The notes under the pieces: generated by a model
The model's input: only the letters and a program-made list of their open reading frames with translations
The model's database searches: none
What the model was told of the DNA's origin: nothing
From: Neoconidiobolus thromboides FSU 785
Lineage: Eukaryota > Fungi > Entomophthoromycota
Length of the DNA stretch: 64,000 nt
Assembly: GCA_025603075.1 (NCBI GenBank)
Contig: MU626311.1
Span: 1-64,000 of the forward strand
Direction of reading: 5' to 3'
Position numbers and translations under genes: made by a program
Shown here: positions 1 to 14,300 of the stretch, piece after piece
Position numbering within the stretch: position 1 is the stretch's first letter
How the letters are laid out: the number at the start of each line of letters is the position of its first letter

Positions 1-2
1 TT

Positions 3-1292
3 TATGCACATTTAACTGCTACTCTTGAAGGTTTATTTTCTATCCGTGCTTACCATGCCCAAAACAGATTTGATTCAATTAATATTACACTTTTAGATGA
101 TAATCATAAAAATCTATACGCCCTTCAAACTATGAAAACATGGGTCGCCTTCTATCTTGATGTACTATCCTCATTCATTGTATTTTTTACTGCATTATTC
201 CTTATTATGTTTTCAGATACTAGAAACCCAGCCCAAGCTGCCTCTAATGCAGGTTTAGCTCTTTCAAATGCTTTACAGATGTTAGTGTTCTTACAATGGA
301 CCATTCGTATGGTAGGTGATGTACAATCTCAAATGGGTAGTGTAGGACAACTTGTATATTATGGTAGAGATATTCCAGCTGAAGCACCACATGAAATAGC
401 TGAAACAAAACCACGTGCAACCTGGCCAGAAAATGGAGTAATTGAGTTCAAGAATGTAGTACTTAGATATCATAAATTTGGTGTTAATGTTCTCAAAAAT
501 GTAACTTTTACTATTCGTGAACGTGAAAAGATTGGTATTGTAGGACGTACTGGTTCAGGTAAATCTACTTTACTTATTTCATTACTTCGAATTGTCGAAG
601 CTGCTGAAGGACAAATCCTTATCGATGGTGTTGATATTTCCAAAATTGGTTTAAGAGATCTTCGTACAAAGGTAGCCATTATTCCACAAGAACCAGTTCT
701 ATTCGTTGGGTCTATTCGTTCTAATTTAGATCCATTCAATACAAGCACTGATCTCGAAATTTGGAAAGCTTTAGATTCAGTTCATCTTTCTGATAAGATT
801 CGTCAAATGCCCAACCAGCTTGATTCTGAAGTCATAGAAAACGGAAAGAATTTCTCATTAGGACAACGTCAATTATTCTGTATTGCACGTGCAGTACTTT
901 CTAAATCCAAAATTTTAGTATTAGATGAAGCCACAGCTGCTATTGATATGGCTACTGATCTTTTAATCCAAAATGCTATCCGTGAGAACTTTGCTGATTT
1001 AACTGTACTTACTATTGCTCATCGTCTTAACACAATTATTGATTCTGATAAAGTGTTAGTTATGGATGGTGGTAAAGTGATGGAATTTGATGAACCAATT
1101 AAGTTGCTTAATAAAGAAGATGGTTCTTTTGCTTCTTTAGTAGCCCAAACTGGTGAAGCTACAGCTCAAAAACTTAGAGAAATAGCACAAGAATCTAGCG
1201 ATTCCCGTAGGGCTAGGTTAGGTATAACTGATGATCAAGATGATCACCATCCTGTTCTCTCTTCTGTATTCGTAGATCCTAAACAAGAATAA
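3..1292 (+). CDS. ABCC/MRP-type ABC transporter, C-terminal part (end of TMD2 plus NBD2); 5' end lies outside the window
   Basis: Frame is open from base 3 (YAHLTATLEGLFSIRAY). Walker A GRTGSGKS, signature FSLGQRQL, Walker B ILVLDEATA, H-loop IAHRL. Confidence 0.95.
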   Translation, partial: YAHLTATLEGLFSIRAYHAQNRFDSINITLLDDNHKNLYALQTMKTWVAFYLDVLSSFIVFFTALFLIMFSDTRNPAQAASNAGLALSNALQMLVFLQWTIRMVGDVQSQMGSVGQLVYYGRDIPAEAPHEIAETKPRATWPENGVIEFKNVVLRYHKFGVNVLKNVTFTIREREKIGIVGRTGSGKSTLLISLLRIVEAAEGQILIDGVDISKIGLRDLRTKVAIIPQEPVLFVGSIRSNLDPFNTSTDLEIWKALDSVHLSDKIRQMPNQLDSEVIENGKNFSLGQRQLFCIARAVLSKSKILVLDEATAAIDMATDLLIQNAIRENFADLTVLTIAHRLNTIIDSDKVLVMDGGKVMEFDEPIKLLNKEDGSFASLVAQTGEATAQKLREIAQESSDSRRARLGITDDQDDHHPVLSSVFVDPKQE

Positions 1293-1531
1293 TTCAAGTT
1301 AAAATAATAATAATAATAATAATAAAATTTTCCTGTTTTAATACTACAAATAATAATATTTATAATTAGATTTGATGAGTTTTATAGTCTTTTATTGTTC
1401 TTAAAAGTTCAATTTTAAAATGTTTAGTGATATTTAAAATTTTTCTTATAATTCATTTTTTGCTTATTTTTGACTTTATTTATTATCAAAAATACTACAG
1501 TTTATTTAAATTTATTTCAGAGATATAATAT

Positions 1532-1631
1532 GAGGATGTATTTTTTTATTTAAGAATTTACTAACAATTTTTCCACTTTTAAATAACACTTAAAAGTTAG
1601 AAAAAGTAGTGAAATTAAAAAAACATCCTTC
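1532..1631 (+). mobile_element. ~98-bp MITE copy
   Basis: GAGGATGT...ACATCCTTC ends, flanks ATAT/ATAT. Confidence 0.85.
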
Positions 1632-1824
1632 ATATGTTGACAATCTTACAATTAATAATTCAAATTTGTCTTGTATAGAAAACAAATAACAAAATGAAAG
1701 ATATTCCCACACAAGCCCTATAAAGTTTGTACCTAAGGTAAGCTAGAGTTTTGAAAAAAATATAATATTCTAAAATAACAATGGAGTAAAAAAGATTATC
1801 CCTTTTTATTAAAAAAAAGCATTT

Positions 1825-1919
1825 GGGAGTGTTTTTTGACTATTGTTTTTTCCATTTTTTAAGCGCTATTTAAACAGAAAAATTGGTAGTAAAATTCTTA
1901 AACACAAAAATACATCCTC
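1825..1919 (-). mobile_element. ~98-bp MITE copy abutting the P450 stop codon
   Basis: Reverse-oriented copy, flanks ATTT/ATTT. Confidence 0.85.
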
Positions 1920-1921
1920 AT

Positions 1922-3862
1922 TTACTCACATTTAAAAGGATAGATATTGATTGATCTCTTTGGTGCATTAACGAGATATAATTTGGATTTTATATCCTCC
2001 TCATCTTTCAACTTAAAAGTAAAGTTATAAACCAATGATGCTATAGCCAAATAAAGTTCCATCCAAGCTAAACTAAGAAATATACTAATATTAATTCTAA
2101 TATTACATGTCAGCCAAATGAAAACAATATTACTTTCTTCCAATACATGCTCTTGGGCCAATTAAAAATGGCATAAAATTTTTATGTAGTTGGAATTTGT
2201 CATTTTCATCAAGCCATCGTTCTGGTTTAAATACGTTAGGCTCCTCCCAATACTCGGGATTATTTTGAAGATAATTTATATCAATATTAACAACCGTCTA
2301 TTTAAAAACAATGTATCACTATTACCATATCGTTATGTTCTTTAAAAAATACCTTTTCTGAAATAAAATAACCATCAATTACTTTACCACCTTTTGGTAC
2401 TAATCTAGGTAAACCGCAAGGTACAACTGGAAACATTCTTAAACCTTCATATAATACTGCACGTAAATAATCACATTCTTCTTTGCATTTAACAAAATTT
2501 ATTTGACTTTGATTTTCGAATCGTTCTTTTAAATGATTCTGTAATTTCATATAAATCTGTGGATGTTTAATTAAAAGATAAAGTATCCTATTAAATAGCT
2601 TAATATAAATAAATAAACTATGCTTAAAATAATACCATGTTAATGAATTGGATGTTGTATCGGATCCTGCGATTCTACATAACCTATTAGTATATTTACT
2701 GCTTATAACAATTGTTATGCTTACAATTGAAGGAGAGATTCTTCTACTATTTCTTTTTCACTGAGTTTTTTCCCTGTGTCTGCATCGGAAGCATTGATTA
2801 ATGTATTTAGAATGGTAGTTTTATATGAATTCCCTTTTGAACTTTCGATAGCTTCATATGAAAACTAATAAAATATTATTAATTTTATTTATTATTTATT
2901 TATGGTAATTAAATTACTTTATAAAGTTGAGTTATAGTCTTAAATTTATAGTATTTTAAGAATGGAAATGTTGCTACCTTGAAACGATCATTATTTAGTT
3001 ATTGCAATTACTAATATTAATTATTATTACCATAAGAGATATTAAAATAAATTGTTTAATCCAATCAATAACAGGATGATGACCATTTTTCAATATATTA
3101 AAATGTTGACCAAAAGCCAAGTCACCAATAACGTCCTAATTAAATATGTTTGATAATTTGATATAATTAAATAATAATAGTATTACAAATGAAAAACAAT
3201 GAAAATAAAGACCTAGATCAAAGCATTTGTCGTTTGAACTCCCCTCTTCAACCTTTGTAATTAAATTATTAACATTTTCCTTTACTAGATATTCAACATC
3301 TAATATTGCTTTATCTGAAAAACTTGAGGAAAGTATTTTTTTCTAAATATACTATTTAATAACTGTTTGCTATCTATATAAAATGATTACTCTTTCACGA
3401 TGAAATTCCCTATTCCTATATAAACTTAATAAAAATAGTAACAACACGCTCATGAATTCTATTTACCTAGTGCTAAATATAGTTTCGCCAATAACTTGAA
3501 TACCATCATAAAACGTTGCTTTTTCAAAAGAATAAGTAGAATGGACTTCTTTTGCTGCACTATCAGATGCAATGGATAGTTCGTTCCAACCTTAAAAAAT
3601 AGTTTTTATTTAATATTCGTAGTAAAATAACACTATTACTTATTCGAACAATATTCCCATACTTTTGATGTAATTTTGTTGAATATAAATGATAATTACC
3701 GCTAAAGGTATAAATTAAATGAATTATTGGAAAGATTAAATTAATTGATGGTCCTGGTACTTTCCTTAGTGGGTTAAAAAATATATTGTAAACTATATTG
3801 TATATCCAATAGGCTATTAAAACAACTACTATATAACACAATATTAATGATAGTGTAATCAT
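1922..3862 (-). CDS. Cytochrome P450, apparently intact, 11 exons
   Basis: Spliced by eye: N-terminal TM, PLRKVPGP, FDVIGDLAFG, I-helix AGSDTT, ExxR (EGLR), PERW, heme motif FLIGPRACIG. All introns are GT-AG and the frame is maintained. Confidence 0.9.
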
Positions 3863-6188
3863 TTTTTTACTTTTTTTTGTTGAAATTGCTTTAATTTATA
3901 CTTATAAATTTGAGGCCTGGATTTAAAATCTCCATATTTGATTTTTCATCCACACTTATTTATTTTCAAGTATGATAAATGTTGATTCAAATTAAAAATA
4001 TTAATTAATTTTATTCCCTATACTTTTTAAAGAAAATAAAAATAATCCGTTTTTAATTAGACAAATAATTACAAATATACATATATTCTTATTAAACTAT
4101 TATAATAGAGTCAATATCAATCCCCTTTAATTTTTTTAAAATATATATCTAAGGCAAAACGGTATTTATAAAAGTAATAGAAAATAAACTTAGGACTTTA
4201 AAATTTGAAAATGACATCTTAAAAATTCTGGAATTTTACATCATTTTTGATCATAAGCTTAATAAAAAAGGTTGATATTATTTCATATGTAACATGGTTT
4301 TTTAAATATAAACTATTATTAAAAAACCTTCTGATAATTCAAAAACAATAAAATAAAGCTAATACTAAATAAACGCACTTATTTTTACCTAAGGGATAGG
4401 CTTTTTTTTGAGTACTTGTGAAATTTCCAATGTAAGCAAAAATATAATAATAGAGGTTTTAATTTGTAGCTGTTGTAGCTTTACTATGAATCAGTTTGCA
4501 ATAATTTTTAAGTCCAATTGTTTGTTTATTTGATTTTTTAAAGTATGATTTTGAAAAAGTTCCATTTATAAAAAGGGTTAAAATACAATCACAATAAAAG
4601 TGCAACAGCTATTTTATATTTAAAATAAAGAAATTTCAAATTAAAGTATTTATTAGTAACAAGTCTATATATAACTGCTATCACTAGTTTAATTGCAGTT
4701 TATAATATTATATTTAATTATTTTTTTTCAAAATACTGAGTTACTTGATTTTACTAGTCATTAGTTTATTAACTTTAGTTTAACTAATTTAATACAGTTT
4801 TATTAGTTTATAAACAAATACTTATAATGGTTATTTCTTCAAACATTAATATAAATAAACTATTTTAAAAGCTGTTAATTATTAACTATTATTTGCACAA
4901 ACCAATTGTAGTTTTATTAACTTTTATTATAATATTTTTTCTAAAATCTATTATGTTTAGTTTTAATAAACTTATTTTTATTTTTAGGTATTTCTACTTT
5001 GGTAGCTTTTTTATATAGTTTGTAGTTATTACAAATTATTTTTTAAACTAAACATCAAATTTTAAGTTTCATAATATATATTAAACTATTTACTATATTT
5101 TAGTAGATTATTTATTTTATAATAAGGAACTTGCTAAATTAATCATTGATTTTTAATTACACTTGTCTTTAACAGATTTTTGAAAATATTAGATCAAATT
5201 TTTATCAACCTTTTACTTTTCATTCCTCAAAAACATGAGAGAAAATTAGACTAAATATCTGTTTATAAATTAAAATCAAACAAATACTGAGCTGCTTGGG
5301 GTTTCACCAGTCATTAGCTTATTAACACTAGTTTAGTTAAATTAGCCATGGTCTTAGTCAAACTAATAATATGCTTATTAGAGACGATTTTAAAATATAA
5401 ACTGAGAGTACAAAAATTTTACTAAATTTAAAATTGCAAGTTTTAAAATTCTATTAAGATCAAATGAGACAAGATCTAAATCTTGTTCATAGCTATTTAT
5501 TTATTCAAAAAATTCAAACAAACTAAGAATGTTTCTATAATAATTTTACTGAAGTGAGCAATAAAAAATCCCAATTACTTTTATGTTTGTATAAAATAAT
5601 AGGATTTGGTAATAAAAATCTAAATTTTCCTATAAAAATCGATTATCTTATATAAATCTAAAAGTGATTTAGAATCCCATATTCAATAGGAGATTTTACA
5701 AAGTTTTTGATTGACTACTAATTATAAGCAATTGCAAAAAACTCCAAAATTTACAAATACTACTAAAAAATAAAATGAGTTTGACAGGAATTATTTTTAA
5801 CAGTATCTGGCACTTTATTTAGTTTTTTGCTGATAATTTCTTAACATTCGGTTAATAAAACTTAAAAAGATTTAGTTCTAGTAAGAGTTTTTAAATCACT
5901 TTTTATAATGGCTCTTGAATTCTTAAAGAGACTGTATTTAGTATTGGGTAGATATAATTTAATATTGAGTACTACTTAACAAACTAAAATTCTATAAAAA
6001 TAGAGAACTTTGTTGAGAAAGAGAAATCGTTTTTATATAATATCAATTTAGAGTATTTTCAACCTATTATGGTTACCAAGAAAATAAATTGAACAAATTG
6101 TTGTAGAATTCTCAATACAACTGTTTCAGCTTTGTTGTGACTTGACCCCGTTTTTTAAGAATAAAATTTTGTTAAAATCAGGCACTAT

Positions 6189-6287
6189 GGGGGTGTATTT
6201 TTATGTTTAAGAATTTTACTAACAAATTCTCTGCTCAAATAGCGCTTAAAAAATGAAAAAAGTAATGAAGCCAAAAAAATATCCCTT
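6189..6287 (+). mobile_element. ~98-bp MITE copy
   Basis: GGGGGTGTATTTTT...CTCAAATAGCGCTTAA...ATATCCC; flanks do not match. Confidence 0.85.
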
Positions 6288-7082
6288 ATAACTATAGCTT
6301 AAGCTAGAAAAAAGTAAATAAACAAAAAACCGACTTTAAAAATTATTATAATTTATATTAAAATAGAGCTGTATAAGCTTTATATAAAATTTTAACTTTT
6401 AAATTTAGCCATGTTAATAAATTTAAAGGTATAATAGAAATGGCTTAAATTCAAAGTTAGTTTCTATATCTATTGACATTTATTTAAATACTGATTATAA
6501 TGAATTTAACTAACTATATCATGGTATATTTTGTATCGTGTTATATGAAAGAAATAGCAATATTATTATTATTCAAATTTTGATAGAAAAGAATTAGTTC
6601 CATAGTGATTTAAAAATCAAAACTTGGGCTTAGTTTTTATTTTATTAGTTATATGAACTCTATAACAATTTAATACTGTTAAATTGTTATAGTAAATGAT
6701 AGTTTTTTCAATTTATAATAAGAGCCAACATTAAAATCAATAACTTCTATTAACATTAATAAATTAATTATTCTATTAAAACTAACAAATCCTCATACTA
6801 AAAATTGATATTACTAATTTAAGCAACCAATGTTCGCTGTTTACATTAATTTCATTAATGAAAATAGGTATTTTATTGCTACTCCGTAGATTTTTTTAGA
6901 TTCTCCTTTTCCAATGAGGAGTTGTAATTTGTAATTTTCTAGCAAATTTTGGCCAATAACAATTTGTCCGCAAACAATTATTTAGTTCTTAAAATAACTC
7001 AACCCTTAATCTGGCAATATATTTAAATCAATAAAATAAAAATAAAAATTCAATTTTTGTTATTTTTACTAATAATTAAAAA

Positions 7083-9752
7083 ATGAGTTTAGAAAGAAAA
7101 GAAAATAAATTGACTAATAGTGTGGAAAAGAGTAAGTTAATTAATACTGATGGCTATATACTAAATAATTAATCTCTTTAATTTTAGTTATTGAAAAGCT
7201 AAGTAATAAAGAACAACGAATTTCAGAATCTTGTGAAAAGTTAAATCCATACTCTAAATTTTGTCCTGATACAAGTAGTTATCCAGTTAAAAAGGGATTA
7301 AATATAACTGAAATTGATGATAAAGTTAAAGGTAAACATTTATTTTTATCATTTAATTAAAAATTATTTATTAATTCAAAAATTCATAGATGGATTAACC
7401 AAATTGTCAAGAGAAGATTTAAGTGATGCAGCCGCATGTACTTTAAATATTAAAGAGTTGTTATGTTTATTAGAATATCAACGTTGTTCTTCAGACGGTA
7501 AATTAGTACCCATTTGTAACTCAGTACAGTAAGTCTTCATTTATCTAATCCTTTAAAACTCCTTTTAATTAATCCTCTTTAATTAAAGTGAAACGGCTTT
7601 TTCTTCTTGTAGTTCAGAAGGTCAAAAAATTGAAGATGTTAAAAAATTATTTGAAAAACATGTCGATTTTAATAAATTTACTAATGATACTGAATGTTTT
7701 TCTGGAATTCCAAAGCCTACTCAAGTAAAAGTAGAAACTACAGCTACTAAAGATAATAATCAAGTTACATCGACTAGTGAAGCAAGTGGTAAGTTTTGAG
7801 TCATAACGTTAGAATAAACAATTAATATTTTGTTTAGCTGATAAAACAGAAAGTAATAAAAAAGCCAATGAATCCAATGATACACCTGTGGTTAATGAGA
7901 TACTTTGGGGTAAATATTATATATAATAATAATAATAATAATAATTAATCGATTTTAATTAAATTAGAATGTTATCCTTATTCTTATGAAATTAAAAAAG
8001 ATCAAAATACATGTTTTGCTCCTAAGATAGCCAATATAACTAAATTCCCTTCAATTGATAATTTAGAAATGGGTAAAATTGAATTTGGATTAAAAGATGA
8101 AGTTAAATGTAAAGATACCTTGGAGTTACTAAAAGTCCAAGTAGATGAGGCTTGCTGTAAGTTTAAATAATACTATTAATGATAGTTCTATAATTTATTA
8201 ACAATAAAATCAATATTTAGCATGTGATACTAAGTTATCTTATGTACGATCCCCTTGTACAAATGCATTATCAGCATTCGGTATTCATACAGAATCCTTA
8301 GTAGTTAGTTTTAGAGATGTAGAATATGTACCGGGCATTGAAAAACAACTACATTTTGCTGATTCAATGAAAGATCATAATACTCATATGAAAAAAAGAG
8401 AGTTAGATAATATTAAGTTTAATGATGAAGATTTAAATGATAACAATGATCCACATTATTTTTTAAGATCTTATTATCGTACTTGTAATAGAATGGAAGG
8501 AATTCCTCCCTCTATTAAAAGAAAACATTGTTGTAAGTTATATTATTTGCTAATATTTATAATATATTAAATTAATTGTTATTATTATTATTTATATAAA
8601 ATAGCTCGTCATGCTAAATTAGATAAATATGAAGTACCAGGTACAGAAGTAGAAATGTATACCAATTTTAAATCACAAAAAATACAATCCCATTTTCGTA
8701 GTGGATGTACAGTATTAGATTGTCTAAATCATTTACGTTATTTACCACCATTAGCCCCAACCGAAGATAATAAATCAGATGTATTTTTAGAAGATGGTAG
8801 TATTGATAAAAATTATGATATTTGTAAAGAAGAAATAAAAGACTGTCCACTATGGGCTTTTAGTAGTGATGGTATTTCAATCTCTGGTTATCCTGCTAAT
8901 ATTACTTCTTATCTTGAGCTAGATATTCAAGCTAAGCCAAATACAAATAGAGCTGCAATTATATTTTCATTTAAATCAATGACTCGACCATTATATGAAG
9001 GTTTAAGATTTTTATTAAATGGAGTACCTGCGATGGATTTAGTTTATAACCAAACAGATAGTTTAGGTTATGCAGTTCCATTAGTACCGGGTAAATCCCA
9101 TGTAGCAAGATGGGAATTTATTCGTGGTGAGGCAAATCCATCAACTTCTTTTAATTTTGCAGAAATACAATCTATCATATTAAGAGATGCTTTTTTAGCT
9201 TCTCCATCAGATACAGCTGATTTGAAATCATTAAGTCATTTAAAAAATAATATGGTTCATTTACCACCAAAAGCACCAACAAGACCAGGTTCTATCTATA
9301 GTAATAATAATAATCCATCTAATTCAATTACTACTTCTATTATACCAATGATGATTATATTATTGACTGGAGTTGGTATTGCCTTATTAGGTGTTTGGTT
9401 ATGGAAGAGACATTTAAAAATGAAGAAAGATGAAAATGAACATTCTTTGGGTTCTTATTCTGCACCTTTAGGTTTTGCTGAAAGAGTAGCTCAATTTTCT
9501 TTCCCTGGTACTCAACAAAATAATAATTCAAGATATGCTCCATTATCTAAAGGTACTACAATGGATACTCCTCATGTTGAACTAAATGCTATGACTATGT
9601 TTGAAAATCATTTACCTTCTCCAAGTGATGACGAAGAAGAAGAAGAACCTACTGCTTTTGATCGTACTATTTCTCCATCCACAGTTTCTACTGCATCTCA
9701 AACTTTAAATCATAATTCACCAGAAACTAAAAATAGAGATGAACTGATTTAA
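7083..9752 (+). CDS. Single-pass membrane protein with Cys-rich, Frizzled-CRD-like N-terminal region; 8 exons; start uncertain
   Basis: GT-AG splicing joins ORFs 7314, 8367 and 8655 in frame. Cys pattern C..C..CTLNIKELLCLLEYQRC..PIC..SSC..EC; TM segment IIPMMIILLTGVGIALLGVWLW; acidic low-complexity tail. Confidence 0.7.
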
Positions 9753-10047
9753 TTGGAGTTTATTCTTTTATATTTTAGTAGTTAAATCTTAAAATCAAAT
9801 TGGGATTATAATTTAACTAATAATTTAATTTTATTATTATTATTATATTTTGGAATTATGTAGATGTATAAAATTAATTAACATTAACTTTATACAACTT
9901 AAAAATTGTGTTATTTTATTAAAATATTTTTTATTCTTATTTTATTTTATTTTACTTTAAAACATATTTCTATTTTTTAGTGTATAATAATTTTTATTTG
10001 TATTTAAATTTCCAAATATATTTAATCAACTTGCTATCTACTGTAAT

Positions 10048-11027
10048 TTAGTGTCCTCCTTTAAATAACGATAATTCTGGTTTACTATTTCTTAACCACC
10101 ACCACCAAGCCCATTTAGGAAATAAACTTCTTAAATTGGATGGATTAGGGTAAATCTTTTGAACTTTGTGTAATTTAATGAATCCCTTATTATCAAAAGT
10201 ATAAATAAATACAACATGATATGTTTTTCTAGGTTCCGTAGAGGTAGGGAGTAAAAGAGCTGGTCTTGGAGTACCTTCAATAATCATTTTAGCTAACAAG
10301 TAAGGTGAAGAGTCTGATGTTGGGGATAAAGTTGGTGGGTCTATTGAATTTAATAATGAGGTGGGGTTTAAGGGGTAAATGGAGGTTTGAGAAGCTTTTA
10401 ATATATTCTTTAAATGAGATGGATCCATATTATCTTTATTATCTTCTTTAATTGATAAAAACTTCATTTCAAAGTCATCACTTTTATTAATAAAATCCTC
10501 CCCATTCCCCTCTCCCGAAGGTCTTAATTGAAAATGAGTTAATTTAATAACAACATCTTGATAGTACCATAATATAGTGGTACGAATAAATTTAGCTAAT
10601 AATAAATATAATTTTTTACCCTTAATTTCAATACCACTATGATAAGGTTCTTTTAATATTATATCTTTGGAATAGATATTTGAGTTTAAAATTCCATTGT
10701 CAAGGTAATTGTTGATATCTTCTTTCACTCCATTGATAGCTAAAAAATAAGGGAAATGAGGTTTCAGTTACAGTTTAATGAATAGTAAAATAACTTACTT
10801 TTGGCTAATTGTAATTGGTATGGAGTTGCTTTTTTAAACTCCTTTTCACTATCAATTCTCAATATCTTATTGCCTTTACTATCTAGTTTTGGCTTATTCA
10901 ATGTAGAATGATAAACCAGCGGAGACAATAAATTGCCTTGTTTAATATTATATCTCAGTTTCATTATAGTCGATTTGTTTTTTGCAAATAACCTTATTAG
11001 ATTGGGTTTCAATAAACTGGTATTCAT
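10048..11027 (-). CDS. Probable mitochondrial protein, C6orf136/DUF2358-like, 2 exons
   Basis: Basic N-terminal presequence-like leader; intron ~10740-10798 joins YQLQLAK to TINGVKEDINNYL; IYSKDIILKEP...IKGKKLY and FIYTFDNKGFIKLHKV recall this family. Confidence 0.55.
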
Positions 11028-11389
11028 TTTATTTGTTTATTTAATATATTAAATAGTTGGCTCTAATTTTATTTTTCATCTATAAAAAAAACAATTTTTT
11101 AAAGGTGGAAGGATTTTGATTATTTTATGACGTATGAAAGAATTGTAAGTTTAATTTTGACATCAAAAACTGGTCAAACTGTTTTTAAGTTTTGATAGCT
11201 AAAATAAGACAAACTTATTTTATTTTACTGATGGTTTCAATAATAAAAACAATAAATAATAAGAACAATAGAATATTTAAAATTTTATTAAAATAAAGGA
11301 ATGAATATAGTAAATAATATATAAGTTAAAAATATGCTAATATTTGATAACCCTATAATCCCTAAATTTCAATATGCTAATTCCACATT

Positions 11390-14300
11390 CTATTCCATAA
11401 TATCGTGACCAAATGGGGTATCTTTTGAGAGTACTCTAACTCTAACGATATTGCCAAGTTCATCTTCTTGCTCTAATTCTTCACGAGTATAACCCATTTC
11501 GGTTAATTTATTTGAAGACAAAAATGATTCTGTTTCATCAATCAATTCTCTTCTAGCTCTATCATTAAAATCATTTTCATTGATACAAATAATTTCTGGT
11601 AAATTTAATTCATCATCATCATTTGCGCCGTGTAAATTTTTTAATTCATTTTTAGCTTTAAATGTATTAATTGCTTCCAATTCCATTCTTCCCAATAGAG
11701 CAGCAAGAATATCAAATGTATTCCTTACATAAATATATTTACGGAATTTTTGTTTCATGGATTTAGCTATAGTGATTTTTTGGGTTTGTATAAAAGATTC
11801 TAAAAAGGTAGATATAGCAAAATCTAGATCATCTTTACGTACATGATCTCTCAAATGCATACGAGCTACTGCTTCTGACATTCTAATAATGGATTCTAAA
11901 TGACGAACAGTAATAGTTAAACCACCACCTCTTAAAGCTTCAGAACGAAGTTCAGCAAAAAAAGTGGACATTTTATCGGCATTAACATGTAACAGTGTTG
12001 GCTTACATCTTTCACGAGCATAGGTAATATATTTGCGCAATAAATCTTGTGGAATTGGACTTGAATTACTATTATTAGTTTGTGATTCACTCATGTTATC
12101 ATTTTCTTCATTTAAATAAGGATGACTATTATCATGAGAATTGATAACAAAATGAGCTAACATAGCATCTTGAGTAAAATCGATTACATCTCGAACAATA
12201 CAAACCAAATCAAAACGCGACAAAATAGGTTCCGTTAAATTTACATTTAAAGTTAATGGATTTAAAGCATTATATCTTCCACGAATTGGATTAGCTGCTG
12301 CAATAATAGAACATCTTGCTTGTAAACTAGTAACAATACCTGCTTTTGATATACTAATAGATTGTTGTTCCATAGCTTCATGAATAGAAGTACGATCTTG
12401 TTCATTCATTTTATCAAATTCATCAATTAAACAAACGCCTTGATCAGCTAATACTAAAGCACCACCTTCTAAAGTCCATTCTCTAGTTACTGGATCTTTA
12501 CGTACAGAAGCAGTTAAACCAACAGCAGAAGCACCTTGACCAGTAGCATAAACACATCGATGGGCTGTTTTTTCAGCATATTTTAAAAATTGAGATTTAG
12601 CAGTACCTGGGTCACCAAGTAATAAGACATTAATATCACCACGTAAATAGTGATTTCCACCAGTTTCTTTTTGTACACCGCCAAATAAAGACATAGCCAT
12701 ACAAGTTTTGATATCTCGATGGCCAAAGATAGAGGGTGCAATTGATTGTATAATTTTTTCTCTTACATTATCATCTTGCGATAATTCTTTAATTCTTTTT
12801 TCATCTTCTTCACTAATCTTAGATAACGTATTTTGTTTCAATTTGACTATATGATTTGCTTCAATAATAGTTGAAAACACTGGGAATCCATACTTGTTAT
12901 TCAAGGATGAATCTAAGTTATTCATATAGATACCAGTAACTTGAATTTCTTCTCCTGGTTTAATGGAGTCAACTAAATCCCATAGTAAAATCACTTCTCT
13001 ATGACGTGGTAAACGTCCTGGCGGTACAGTTCCCGGTGTTTCTTGAAGGGTAATTTTTTGGTAGTTACGATAAACGGTCTAATAAAATGATTCAATTTTA
13101 ATAAAGTTTAATAAAATTTTAAATTACCTGCTCACTACAAAAAAGGAAAGGACCTTTGGATTCACAATTATGACAATTACCGACTTTAACTTCCCCCATA
13201 GCCGAAGGATCTTGATAGTAAGGGCCAAGGATTACATTACATTTGCCACATTGAAATTTAACATATTTAAGCTGAGGAAAGATAGATGATCTTCTTGAAA
13301 CTACACCAAAAATTTTAACTAAAGTATTTAAATGAACCTGACGAAGATCACGTAATGACAAATTTGTTGGCACATCATTAATACGACAATGAATTTCTGA
13401 GTGAATTTTATCATAATCAACAAAGTTTTTTAATACAATCTCAAATGCGACATCATCAAAGATTTGTATCATGGTGCGTGGAGCATGGGTTAAAATGTAA
13501 GCTAGTACTGGATTATGGGCAAATAAATCATTATAGGAAATTTCAAGGGTTTCATTATTTCCTTAAAGAAGAGTTAGTAAGTTCAAAAAAAAAGTCTAAA
13601 TATTACCTTCTCCAAGAGCCCTAATTTTATCTTTATAAATAGCGCGTCCAGTTTTCTCATCAATATGTAACAAAAAATCTTTAAATTTTTTATTAATAGC
13701 TCTTCTTGGTCCTTCCATAGCAACCCATTCAGCAATACTAGATGCTTTAACGTCATTTAAATCTTCTAATGTAATATCCAAATCCTATTTTTTATTTAGT
13801 TATCAGTGTTGTTTCAAGAATTATTTAAACACCTACAATTTCATCATCATTATCGATTTTAATATCATCAAGGCCAAGTAGTTTACGACGGCGTCTTTTT
13901 TCAAATGTTGGATCTTCCATACCAGTTCCTATAAATACATTAGAAAAAAGCGCATCTTATTGCTTAAAATAGCCTATACCATTGCCAAGAATAGCTCCTG
14001 GTTCACGATTAAGTTGACGATCACGTACTTCTAAATAATTATCAACTTCTCGACGTTGACCAATATCCATAGCTTCATAAACACTATCATCTAAATCAGC
14101 TTGTTCATATTGATCAAGGCCTGGGTTAGGAAGATAGTCACTAATAAATGTTAACTGAATTACTTTAAAGTAAACAAAAACTTCTTACTTTGCAGCGTCA
14201 GGACCAAACAAATCTTCTCCAATCTCGTCTTCCGAGTCAGGTAAAGCCCCAAGGCCATATTCCGAATTAGGTATATTCTCAGGTATTTCAGATTCATCTA

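Noticed and set aside
4000-6180. Possible decayed retroelement sequence and a ~60-bp diverged direct repeat (4732 versus 5282)
   Set aside because: No convincing protein motif in any frame; too degenerate to classify by eye.
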